Position numbers and translations under genes: made by a program. A stretch of DNA of 64,000 bases from assembly GCA_900770525.1 (NCBI GenBank), contig CAAHDT010000010.1, positions 8,679 to 72,678 of the forward strand, in the 5' to 3' direction. The notes beneath the pieces were generated by a model. It saw only the letters and a program-made list of their open reading frames with translations. It had not been told where the DNA came from and made no database searches. Origin of the DNA: Candidatus Gastranaerophilales bacterium (lineage in GTDB: Bacteria; Cyanobacteriota; Vampirovibrionia; Gastranaerophilales; Gastranaerophilaceae). Every line of letters begins with the position of its first letter. The stretch's first letter is position 1. Of the stretch, positions 1-8,432 are shown one piece after another.

Positions 1-641
1 CGTTAGATACAGCCGAAAGTTGGGATTGTTCTGGGTGGATTGTTGAAACAGCTTCAAAAGAGATTAAGAAAATCATGCTTGCACTTACAATAACTGACTC
101 TGTTTTTAAGCAGGCATGCGAGCAGGATTGCGACATGATAATTTCTCACCATCCGCTTTTCGAAGTTCCTTTAAAGTATAAAAACATCAATATGTATTGT
201 GCGCATACAAATCTTGATATTGCAAACGGTGGGACAACTGATACCCTTATTAAAAATATTGGTTTCAATTCTCAAGAAATTGTTGCAGAGGGATTTTTAA
301 GGCTGGTTGATACAAAGATTACAGTTGATGAATTTGTAAAACGATTAAAACAAATTTCTCCCAATATGCGCTATGTTAATAATAAAAATATTAAAACTTT
401 AGAAAAAATAGCTTTTTGCGCGGGAAGTGGTACCGAATTTATACAGGAAGCTTATAACCATGGAGCATACGCTCTTGTTACAGGAGATTTAAAGTTCCAT
501 ACGGCTTTAGATAGCCCTATTGTTGTTTTTGATGTAGGTCATTTTGAGAGTGAAATTCAAGTTTTACGAGTTTTTGAAAATCTTATAAACGATGATTGTG
601 AATTTGTTTATGCAAATGAACATAGCCCATTTGTTTATTAA
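1..641 (+). CDS. Nif3-family metal-binding protein (GTP cyclohydrolase 1 type 2 homolog). The 5' end is truncated by the window edge.
   Basis: The frame is open from the window start. It carries the N-terminal AESWDxxG-like motif and an ISHHP motif typical of YbgI/YqfO/Nif3 proteins. Stop at 639-641. Confidence 0.6.
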   Translation, partial: LDTAESWDCSGWIVETASKEIKKIMLALTITDSVFKQACEQDCDMIISHHPLFEVPLKYKNINMYCAHTNLDIANGGTTDTLIKNIGFNSQEIVAEGFLRLVDTKITVDEFVKRLKQISPNMRYVNNKNIKTLEKIAFCAGSGTEFIQEAYNHGAYALVTGDLKFHTALDSPIVVFDVGHFESEIQVLRVFENLINDDCEFVYANEHSPFVY

Positions 642-703
642 GTTAAACATTTTGTATTTTGTCATCTATGGTATAATTAAGAAAAATTTGAAAGGGATAA
701 TAT

Positions 704-1567
704 ATGTTAAGTGATTTTATCAGATATTTTCATAGAATAAGTGAAGTTTTAAAGGATATAAATTTTGGTTTTATTGTAGAAATAGCTATTAATTTAATTG
801 TTCTTACAGTTATTTGCAAATTTTTAGACATTCTTGAAGCAAGATTAAAAAATAAAATTATTACGGCAAATAGCCACTCTCAAATGGCAAAAATAATCCC
901 ACCAATTAACAGAATATTAAAATTTACGATATTTTTTGTAATATTAGCTTCGTTTTTACAAACTCACGGATATTCTGTATCATCCTTGATAGCAGGTTTC
1001 GGGATTACCGGTTTGGCGGTAGGTTTTGCGGCAAACGCAGCTCTTGCAAATATATTTGGAACTATTTCCATTGTTTCGGATAAATCCTTTCAAGTTGGGG
1101 ATTATATAAAATTTGGAGAATACGAGGGAACTGTTGAAGATATAAATATGCGCTCGACTAAAATTCGAACCCTTGACAATGCGCTTACCATTATTCCAAA
1201 CAGCTCTGTTGCAAGTGGGGCAATAATAAATGTTTCTGCAGCTCATAGAAAAAGAATTTTTGAAATCTTCGGTATCACGTATGATACAAGCAATGAAAAA
1301 ATTGAACGCGCAATAGAAATTTTAGAAGAAATATTATCCGCACACGATGATATTTCCAAAGATTATATAGTAAACCTTGACAAATTTGATAACAGCTCTA
1401 TTAATATAAGAGTTAATGCTTATGCAAAAACAAAACTATTTCCAAAATATTTAAAAATCAAAGAACAATTTTTGTTAGAAGTTATAAAAAAATTCCGAGA
1501 AGAGGGTATAGAATTAGCGTTCCCATCTCAAACTATTTATCTTGCAGGTGATAATAATGAAAATTAA
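704..1567 (+). CDS. mscS: Small-conductance mechanosensitive channel, MscS family
   Basis: 287 aa with N-terminal TM helices, followed by the conserved MscS pore/beta domain (GITGLAVGFAANAALANIFG...VGDYIxxGxxEGTVEDIxxRxTKIRTLDN). Confidence 0.7.
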   Translation: MLSDFIRYFHRISEVLKDINFGFIVEIAINLIVLTVICKFLDILEARLKNKIITANSHSQMAKIIPPINRILKFTIFFVILASFLQTHGYSVSSLIAGFGITGLAVGFAANAALANIFGTISIVSDKSFQVGDYIKFGEYEGTVEDINMRSTKIRTLDNALTIIPNSSVASGAIINVSAAHRKRIFEIFGITYDTSNEKIERAIEILEEILSAHDDISKDYIVNLDKFDNSSINIRVNAYAKTKLFPKYLKIKEQFLLEVIKKFREEGIELAFPSQTIYLAGDNNEN

Positions 1568-2027
1568 AATTATAGCTCTTGGCAAAATTAAAGAAAAGTT
1601 TTTAAAAGAAGGTATTGATGAATTTTCAAAACGACTCACTCCATATGTTCCGTTGGAGGTTATTGAGTTACAACCGATAGAAATTAAAGATGAAAATTTA
1701 ACCTCACGAATTCTGGATGAAGAGGGCGATAAAATTTTAGCACATATCAAACCTCAATCATACGTTATAACAATGGAAATAAAAGGGAAACAATTGTCTT
1801 CCGAGGAATTTTCCGAGAAGTTGGAAACATTGATTAATGATGGTATTAGTGAGGTTATATTTGTTATAGGCTCTTCTTGTGGAATTTCTCCAAAAGTTTC
1901 AGCTAGAGCGAACTATAAAATGAGCATTTCAAAGATGACTTTTTTACATCAGTTTGCAAGACTTCTCCTCATTGAACAAATTTATAGAGCATTCAAAATA
2001 ATGAGAAACGAAACTTATCATAAGTAA
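1557..2027 (+). CDS. rlmH: 23S rRNA (pseudouridine1915-N3)-methyltransferase RlmH
   Basis: MKIKIIALGKIKEKFLKEGIDEFSKRL is a typical RlmH (SPOUT) N-terminus. The ATG at 1557 overlaps the mscS stop by 11 nt, which suggests translational coupling. Confidence 0.8.
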   Translation: MKIKIIALGKIKEKFLKEGIDEFSKRLTPYVPLEVIELQPIEIKDENLTSRILDEEGDKILAHIKPQSYVITMEIKGKQLSSEEFSEKLETLINDGISEVIFVIGSSCGISPKVSARANYKMSISKMTFLHQFARLLLIEQIYRAFKIMRNETYHK

Positions 2028-2032
2028 GAACT

Positions 2033-2833
2033 TTAATCGACGACACAAACACCACTTGGAATACTTTCCAGACCATTTTTTACCCAGTATCCGTTTTCTT
2101 GCGCAAAATTTTCATCAACAAGATAATAAGTTGAGCCGGAGCCTGACATTACAGAATTTGGGTATCGTTCTTTTATGTGTTGTAATTGTGTATAATCGTT
2201 AATTACTCCCCACTCCAAGTCATTTACAAAATTTTCTCGCCCTGTATCTTTTGCATAATTTCGCTCTGAAAATCTTGTATAAGCTTCTTTGGCACTTATA
2301 CCTAAATCTAGTGGCTTAATTAAGGACACATTGAACTTTTCAAATTTCATAGGAGTTAAAACCTCACCACGCCCGCTCGTCATTTGCTTTCCGCCCTCCA
2401 AGCAGAAATTAAGGTCAGAACCGAGTTGAGCAGCAAGTGAATGTATTTCCGGTTTTGATAGCGGGTTATTCAACAAGTGGTTTAATCCGAACAACATGCC
2501 GGCAGCATTTGTACTACCACCGGCAAGTCCAGCTGATACTGGAATACTTTTGTCAATATAAACTTCTACGCTGTAGTTGGTGTTTTGGTAATTGTCAAAA
2601 AATAATTTTGCAGCTTTATATACCAAATTTTTTTCGTTATAAGGAATTTCATTACTATTACCAGCAAGAGATATATTTAAAGGATCTGCCTTTTCAAGCT
2701 TAATACTTAAATAATCGTACAAACTTATTGTTTGCATAATACTTTCAATATTATGAAATCCGTCAGGGCGTTTACCTGTTACTTTTAGGGTTAAATTTAT
2801 TTTTGCCGGACATTGAATTTTTATTTGGCGCAT
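2033..2833 (-). CDS. ispE: 4-diphosphocytidyl-2-C-methyl-D-erythritol kinase IspE
   Basis: PAKINLTLKVTGKRPDGFHNIESI is the GHMP-kinase N-terminus of IspE, and a Gly-rich ATP loop (SAGLAGGSTNAAG) is present. Overlaps ksgA by 13 nt. Confidence 0.8.
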   Translation of the reverse strand: MRQIKIQCPAKINLTLKVTGKRPDGFHNIESIMQTISLYDYLSIKLEKADPLNISLAGNSNEIPYNEKNLVYKAAKLFFDNYQNTNYSVEVYIDKSIPVSAGLAGGSTNAAGMLFGLNHLLNNPLSKPEIHSLAAQLGSDLNFCLEGGKQMTSGRGEVLTPMKFEKFNVSLIKPLDLGISAKEAYTRFSERNYAKDTGRENFVNDLEWGVINDYTQLQHIKERYPNSVMSGSGSTYYLVDENFAQENGYWVKNGLESIPSGVCVVD

Positions 2834-3663
2834 TTTAGTAGCCCTTCTGACAATTTCCCAAACATTTCAAGAGAAAGTTTTTCGCCTCTGATATTTTCAT
2901 CCAATCCAAGCTCACTCATTACTTTTTGGATATTTTCCTTCGAAAAACCACCACTCAGCAAACAGTTTTTAAGATTTTTACGACGTTGTGAAAATGCAGC
3001 TTTAACTGTTCTTCTAAAGTGTGTGTAATCGCTAAGTTCTAGTAGTGGAGTTTTTCTTACCTTTAAACTTACCAAAGCCGAATTAACTTTAGGAGCCGGA
3101 AAGAACGAACGTCTGCCGACTAATTCTTTTATTTCAACTTCTGCCCAAAATTGAGATAATAATGTTAACAATCCGTATTGTTTTGACGGAGAATTTTCAT
3201 TTGCAACCATTCTTCTTGCGACTTCTTCTTGAACCATCAGTAAGATATCAGTTATTTTTTCTCTGTTTTTATTATGCAAATCGTCTATTTCACCGAGTAA
3301 GTGTGCGATAATCGGGCTTGTGATATAGTATGGAATATTGGCAACTACCTTGATTTTTTCATCACATAATTCAGATAAATCTGTTTTTAGAATATCCTTA
3401 TGGATAATTGTTAAATTAGGCGCATCAAGTTTTTTTAATTCATGTATTGCTTCTTCATCCAGTTCAATTGCGATAACTTTTTTAGCATGTTTTACTAATT
3501 GTTCTGTAACAAAACCAACTCCGGGACCAATTTCTACAACTGTGTCTGTTGGTTGAATATCCGCATAATCAATAATATTCCTAATTACTTCCTCATTAAT
3601 AAGAAAGTTTTGTCCTAATCTCTTTTTAGTTTTAAAATATTTAGCTCGTTCAAAATAGTTCAT
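2821..3663 (-). CDS. rsmA: 16S rRNA (adenine1518/1519-N6)-dimethyltransferase RsmA/KsgA
   Basis: KKRLGQNFLINEEVIRNII...VVEIGPGVGFVTEQL is the classic KsgA motif set. Confidence 0.85.
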   Translation of the reverse strand: MNYFERAKYFKTKKRLGQNFLINEEVIRNIIDYADIQPTDTVVEIGPGVGFVTEQLVKHAKKVIAIELDEEAIHELKKLDAPNLTIIHKDILKTDLSELCDEKIKVVANIPYYITSPIIAHLLGEIDDLHNKNREKITDILLMVQEEVARRMVANENSPSKQYGLLTLLSQFWAEVEIKELVGRRSFFPAPKVNSALVSLKVRKTPLLELSDYTHFRRTVKAAFSQRRKNLKNCLLSGGFSKENIQKVMSELGLDENIRGEKLSLEMFGKLSEGLLKCAK

Positions 3664-3730
3664 CTTACCTATTATAATACCACAACCAGACTAATATTAT
3701 TATTAAAATTTTTCTGATATTTTCAATTAG

Positions 3731-3739
3731 TGTTATAAT
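3731..3739 (+). promoter_or_regulatory. Putative extended -10 element (TGtTATAAT) upstream of the glutamate-cysteine ligase gene
   Basis: TGnTATAAT lies about 20 nt upstream of a GGAGG RBS (3748-3752) and the TTG start at 3758. Confidence 0.3.
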
Positions 3740-3757
3740 TAATCTACGGAGGTTCTC

Positions 3758-5083
3758 TTGAGTATTACAAAAACAGAAAAACGCCTTGAGTTTCAAGATA
3801 TTCGCGAAATTTATACAGCAGGATGCAAAACGAAATCTGATTTTAAAATCGGGTTAGAATATGAACGTCTACCAATAAAATCTCAAACCGGTTTGGCGAC
3901 AGATTATTATTCTGAATATGGCATTTGTAATTTGTTACGAACTTTTGCCAAACGCGAAAATTGGGATTATATTACCGATTCATACAATATAATCGGACTT
4001 AAGCAAGGTCATGACACTATTACCTTAGAACCCGGCTGCCAGCTTGAATTTAGTTTAGAACCGCAAAAAAGTGTTCAAGATATAGAAAAAAAAGTAATTA
4101 ATCTAAACAAGCTCTTGTCACCCGTATTAAAACAAATGGATATAAGCTTATTAAACTATGGAGTTTCTCCTTTATCAACTCACAAGAATATTGGTTTAAT
4201 CCCTAAAAAAAGATACGAAATTATGGCGAAATACCTTTGGGGAATCTTATCTGATGTTATGATGAGAGAAACTGCCGGAATTCAGGGAACTTTTGATTTT
4301 ACAGATGAAGAAGATGCAATGAGAAAGCTCAAAATTGCGAACAAATTATCCCCTTTTATAACGGCAATGTTTGCAAATTCTCCTATTCGAGGTGGAGTTG
4401 ATACCGGATATAAATCTTTCAGAGCTTTGAGTTGGCTAAATACGGATAATGACCGTTGCGGTTTTTGTAATAAGCTTCAAGACGATTATTCTTTTGATGA
4501 GTATATAAATTATGTCTTGGAAACTCCTATGATTTTTATTAACAGAGAAAACGGTGCCGTAAAAATTAATGGAAAGATTAATTTTAAGGAGTTTATGCTA
4601 AGTGGTTTTGAGGGTTATGAAGCGACTTTGGATGATTATTTGCTACAGGCAAATTTGTGTTTTCCTGAAGTAAGGCTCAGAAACTTTGTTGAAATCAGGA
4701 ACCATGATTGTGGTGGGGGAAATACACCATATGCAATTCTTGCAATATACAAAGGAATTTTATCTAACCCGAATGCAATGGATGAAATAGAAGAACTGTT
4801 TGAGGGGGCAAAATATTCAGACTTCTCTGAACTTAGGTACAATGTTCCGAAATCTGCTCTATGCGCTAAGTTTAAAAATCATTTTGTTAAAGATTACGCG
4901 AAAGAAATTCTTTATATTGCTGAAAAATCACTTATTGAATTAAATTGTGGTGACGAAAATTATTTAGACGAAATCAAAGAATACACATTGAGTGGTTTGA
5001 CTCCTGCTGATATTATTATAAAAAATTGGTATGGTTTGTGGCATAAAGATATTAAAAAGCTGTTGGCTTTTGTGTCTAAGTAG
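3758..5083 (+). CDS. gshA: Glutamate-cysteine ligase, family 2 (plant/cyanobacterial GCS type)
   Basis: 441 aa. TTG start preceded by GGAGG at a 6-nt spacing. The overall sequence resembles GCS2 proteins (EYERLPI..., FxxxPxIRGG). The family assignment is made from memory and is not verified. Confidence 0.55.
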   Translation: MSITKTEKRLEFQDIREIYTAGCKTKSDFKIGLEYERLPIKSQTGLATDYYSEYGICNLLRTFAKRENWDYITDSYNIIGLKQGHDTITLEPGCQLEFSLEPQKSVQDIEKKVINLNKLLSPVLKQMDISLLNYGVSPLSTHKNIGLIPKKRYEIMAKYLWGILSDVMMRETAGIQGTFDFTDEEDAMRKLKIANKLSPFITAMFANSPIRGGVDTGYKSFRALSWLNTDNDRCGFCNKLQDDYSFDEYINYVLETPMIFINRENGAVKINGKINFKEFMLSGFEGYEATLDDYLLQANLCFPEVRLRNFVEIRNHDCGGGNTPYAILAIYKGILSNPNAMDEIEELFEGAKYSDFSELRYNVPKSALCAKFKNHFVKDYAKEILYIAEKSLIELNCGDENYLDEIKEYTLSGLTPADIIIKNWYGLWHKDIKKLLAFVSK

Positions 5084-5108
5084 AATTATTTATTTTTGAA
5101 AAACAAAA

Positions 5109-5140
5109 ATCCATGTCTTTTTAGGCATGGATTTTTATCT
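5109..5140. terminator. Bidirectional rho-independent terminator between the convergent gshA-like gene and ilvE
   Basis: AAATCCATGtC-loop-GGCATGGATTT hairpin flanked by T/A runs. Confidence 0.4.
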
Positions 5141-5158
5141 AAATATTTAATTTATAGT

Positions 5159-6211
5159 TTAATAAACTACTCTCACCCAACCTTCAGGTCCTTTGATTTC
5201 TCCAAATTGAATTCCGGTAAGTGTTTCGTATAACTTTTTCGAAACAGGTCCCATTCCGTGTTGAGAGTTTTCAAAAACAATTTCTTTACCGTGGTCGTTT
5301 ATTTTACCTACAGGGGAAATTACGGCTGCGGTTCCGCATAATCCGCATTCTACAAAGTCGCCAAGTTCTTTTAAGTAGACTTCTCTTTCTTCTGTTTCAA
5401 ATCCAAGTTCTTTTGCTAACACCATCAAAGAACGTCTTGTAATTGATGGCAAAATACTATCTGACTTTGGAGTTACAACTTTGTTGTCTTTTGTTACAAA
5501 GAAGAAGTTTGCCCCGCCTGTTTCTTCAACTTTTGTTCTTGTTTGCGGGTCAAGGTAAAGGTTCTCGTTGAAACCTTCTTCATGAGCTTTAACAATAGGG
5601 TACAAGCTCATTGCATAGTTTAGTCCGGCTTTAATATGTCCTGTTCCATGAGGAGCAGAGCGGTCATAATCGCTAACTTTAAGAACAAGCGAACCGGCTT
5701 GCCCGTCTTTAAAATATGGTCCTACCGGTGTTGCAAAAATTCTAAATTGATATTCTGTAGCCGGTTTTACCCCGATTACAGCACCAGTTGCAAACAATAC
5801 CGGTCTTAAATATAGAGCTGCTCCGGTTCCATATGGCGGAACATATTCAAGGTTAGCTGCAACAACTTTTTCAACAGCATCAATAAATCTATCTTCCGGA
5901 AATACGGGAATTTCCAATCTTCTTGCGGAATCAGCCATTCTTTTAGCATTCATATCCGGTCTAAAAACTACTACGTGACCGTCTTTTGTTGTATATGCTT
6001 TCATTCCTTCAAAGCATGTTTGACAGTAATGAATAACTCCTGCACTTTCGCTAATTACTACATTTGCATCTTCTGTTATACAACCGTCATCCCATTTGCC
6101 GTCTTTAAAATTTGATACATAACGCTTTTCTGTTTTGTAATATCCAAAGCCTAAGTTTTTCCAATCAATATTTTTCTTTTCCATGTTAACCCACTCTTTC
6201 TTCATTCTCAT
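5159..6211 (-). CDS. ilvE: Branched-chain amino acid aminotransferase IlvE
   Basis: IDWKNLGFGY N-terminus, ETGGANFFFV and the class IV aminotransferase fold. An alternative start at M10 (6184) has a better SD. Confidence 0.8.
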   Translation of the reverse strand: MRMKKEWVNMEKKNIDWKNLGFGYYKTEKRYVSNFKDGKWDDGCITEDANVVISESAGVIHYCQTCFEGMKAYTTKDGHVVVFRPDMNAKRMADSARRLEIPVFPEDRFIDAVEKVVAANLEYVPPYGTGAALYLRPVLFATGAVIGVKPATEYQFRIFATPVGPYFKDGQAGSLVLKVSDYDRSAPHGTGHIKAGLNYAMSLYPIVKAHEEGFNENLYLDPQTRTKVEETGGANFFFVTKDNKVVTPKSDSILPSITRRSLMVLAKELGFETEEREVYLKELGDFVECGLCGTAAVISPVGKINDHGKEIVFENSQHGMGPVSKKLYETLTGIQFGEIKGPEGWVRVVY

Positions 6212-6269
6212 GGTAGAAAATTTAAGTTAAAAAGTCAATAGAAGCAATAAAAAAAACTTGAAATTACTA

Positions 6270-7010
6270 TTATTTAACTTTAAATGGATAGTTTTTCGGA
6301 ATTTTCCAGTTGTTATATTGAATAAGTGCGGTACAATAAGCTTTGATTTTTCCGTCTTTGCGACAACCATATTGTCCTGAGGTTAGAGCATCCTCTGACA
6401 TTTCTGTTAGTGCAAACTTATACGGTTCAAATTCAGGTTTACAGTATCGTTGATCTGCTTTGTTTCTGCAATGAACATTAGAAAAACTAAATGAAAAAAA
6501 AGTTATACCATTTCCTTTTCTCTCTGCTAAATTTCCATTTTCGTCCATTGAACCGAGGTCACTTTGCGTAAAGTTTTTTGCATTCGGATAAAAGAAATAA
6601 TCATACCCTTTTTTGCTTATCAACACGGAACCGTCTTCAAAATACATAGCAATGTTATAACCTGCAAAATTATTGAACTCTTCTATTTTAATTGTTTTTA
6701 CATAAGGAAGAATATATTTTTTGTACCAAGCTTGACAGCTAATTTCGCCACTTATATCATCGTCACTTCCTTTACATTGAGAATCCCAGTGCTCTCTTGG
6801 ACCGTTATCAAGCTCTGACATCAAAATTGCCTGTTTCATAACTGAATATATTTTTTGTAGTTTGGTTTCAACTTCTTTGTTTTTATTTGTTTGGATAAGA
6901 GTTGGCAATGTTAGAGCTGCTACTACCCCAATTATCCCAAGTGTTATTAAAACTTCAGCAAGAGTAAAAGCAGATTTTCTTGTCTGTTTCCCTTTAAACG
7001 ATATATTCAC
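6270..7010 (-). CDS. Prepilin-type N-terminal cleavage/methylation domain protein (pseudopilin/pilin-like)
   Basis: GTG start with an AGGAG RBS. The N-terminus KSAFTLAEVLITLGIIGVVAALTLP is the class III signal/methylation motif. A paralog lies at 48087-48806. Confidence 0.6.
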   Translation of the reverse strand: MNISFKGKQTRKSAFTLAEVLITLGIIGVVAALTLPTLIQTNKNKEVETKLQKIYSVMKQAILMSELDNGPREHWDSQCKGSDDDISGEISCQAWYKKYILPYVKTIKIEEFNNFAGYNIAMYFEDGSVLISKKGYDYFFYPNAKNFTQSDLGSMDENGNLAERKGNGITFFSFSFSNVHCRNKADQRYCKPEFEPYKFALTEMSEDALTSGQYGCRKDGKIKAYCTALIQYNNWKIPKNYPFKVK

Positions 7011-7147
7011 CTCGTGCGCTCCTTTTTGTCATAAAATAACTTACTATATTAATATTATAACGTCAAAAGTGATTTTTAGCAATATATTAACTTACAAGTA
7101 TATTAAATTTTTGTATAAAACTGGTAAACTTAATACTTGGAGCTGGT

Positions 7148-7462
7148 ATGAATAAAAAATTACTTGGAAAAAGATTTAGAGAAATACGAAAAGAGTTAGG
7201 ATACACTCAAGAGCAATTTGCGGAAATTGCCGGAATTGAACCACAATCTATCAGCAAAATTGAGTCCGGCAAAAATTTTCCGCTTCTTTCTAATCTGGAA
7301 AAGATTGCAGATAGGCTAGGAATAGATTTATCAGAATTTTTTATTTATTCGCATAAAAAAGAACAATCTGAATTAAAACAAATATTGGTTTCGACTTTTG
7401 ATGAATTATCAAATGAAGATAAAGAAAAAGCTGTCAGAATTATGCTTGCATTAAAATTATAA
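7148..7462 (+). CDS. XRE-family helix-turn-helix transcriptional regulator
   Basis: LGYTQEQFAEIAGIEPQSISKIESGKNFPLLSNLEKIADRL is a Cro/C1-type HTH. GGAG RBS 5 nt upstream. Confidence 0.7.
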   Translation: MNKKLLGKRFREIRKELGYTQEQFAEIAGIEPQSISKIESGKNFPLLSNLEKIADRLGIDLSEFFIYSHKKEQSELKQILVSTFDELSNEDKEKAVRIMLALKL

Positions 7463-7699
7463 TTATTTGTCTAAGGTAAAGGACAATCCGTCATCATCAA
7501 AAATTGTCTTGTAACCAATGTTTTCCATAAACTCTGTGATGAATTTTTGTAGATTTTTATTAGTTTTTTCCAATGTAAAATATTGACCGCCACAAGCATC
7601 ATGAAAATGAACTTTTTCATTAAATTCTTGTTTGACTGCTTCTTTTAGTTTTAAAACTTCTGCAAAACTTATAATTACCATTCCATTATTATATAACAA
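7463..7699 (-). CDS. Small hypothetical ORF. It is in frame with, and directly downstream of, the DegT-like gene across a TAG codon.
   Basis: It uses a TTG or internal ATG start and has no recognisable domain. It shares a reading frame with 7715-8374 and is separated from it by only 5 sense codons. Confidence 0.25.
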   Translation of the reverse strand: MLYNNGMVIISFAEVLKLKEAVKQEFNEKVHFHDACGGQYFTLEKTNKNLQKFITEFMENIGYKTIFDDDGLSFTLDK

Positions 7700-7714
7700 A
7701 AAATATTTTGGTTT

Positions 7715-8374
7715 CTAATAAACATAAGTATCCAACGGTATTGGTACAAGTCGACTGTAGAATTTGTATTCGTTAAATGATTTTGGTAAATTATTCCAAT
7801 AGCGATAAATTGTTAATCCTCTATCCATTAAGTTTTTCGCTGTTGTGTCTGCTATTTCTATTGTTGGGGCTAAATACGGGTAACAAAACGGTACACAATC
7901 AGCCTCGACATCAAAAGTTAATTCGTTATCCGTGAAAATTTTATCGTATTCTTTAAAATATTCAAGCCTTTTGCAGTTTTTAGGTGGTAACATTTGTTCA
8001 CCTGCTCCAAACCATATCTGGGCTCCGCTTTCGGCAGGTAAAAACTTTTTTGCAGAATTAAAACTTGCAAAACCTCTAGGTTTTGCGTAATAAGCGTGCG
8101 CATTATCAACAATTAGTCTATCGTATGTTTTGACAAGTTTGTCAATGTTTTTATCACAAATTCCAAAGTAATTGGGATAAAGAATAAAAGAATTTTTGGG
8201 AAAAGTTTGAATTGGGAAGAAATTGTCGTCAATGTGGTAGAATATAGGTTTACAGCCAACTTCAAAAACAGAATGCCTCATAACGTCACAAAGATAATAA
8301 GGTATATAAATTTCCCTTATGTGATATTTTTTTATAATATATTTTAATGCATCTCTTGCAAATCTGAAATCCAT
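7715..8374 (-). CDS. DegT/DnrJ/EryC1/StrS-like PLP aminotransferase, unusually short (219 aa) and possibly disrupted
   Basis: IYIPYYLCDVMRHSVFEVGCKPIFYHIDD matches the DegT N-domain. LIVDNAHAYY...FASFNSAKKF matches the DAAHA...SF(H)xxKxx PLP-lysine motif. About 60 aa of N-terminus and the whole C-terminal domain found in canonical (~370 aa) members are absent. The gene ends at TAG 7715-7717. Confidence 0.4.
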   Translation of the reverse strand: MDFRFARDALKYIIKKYHIREIYIPYYLCDVMRHSVFEVGCKPIFYHIDDNFFPIQTFPKNSFILYPNYFGICDKNIDKLVKTYDRLIVDNAHAYYAKPRGFASFNSAKKFLPAESGAQIWFGAGEQMLPPKNCKRLEYFKEYDKIFTDNELTFDVEADCVPFCYPYLAPTIEIADTTAKNLMDRGLTIYRYWNNLPKSFNEYKFYSRLVPIPLDTYVY

Positions 8375-8380
8375 ATTCTC

Positions 8381-8420
8381 GAGTAAAAAAAAGAGCCGAA
8401 CATTTGATATCCAGCTCTCT
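8381..8420 (-). terminator. Rho-independent terminator after the ABC exporter gene
   Basis: On the minus strand, a GAGAGC...GCTCT hairpin is followed by T8. Confidence 0.5.
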
Positions 8421-8432
8421 TATCTTTCTTTT

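Noticed and set aside
980-1750. Antisense and overlapping short ORFs from the six-frame track. Examples are 980-1246(-), 1514-1750(-), 2437-2703(+), 9244-9456(-), 18408-19085(+) and 22315-22942(+). Many others occur inside long genes.
   Set aside because: They lie entirely within well-supported long genes on the opposite strand or in another frame. They have low-complexity, AT-codon-biased translations and no RBS. They are typical shadow ORFs in an AT-rich genome.
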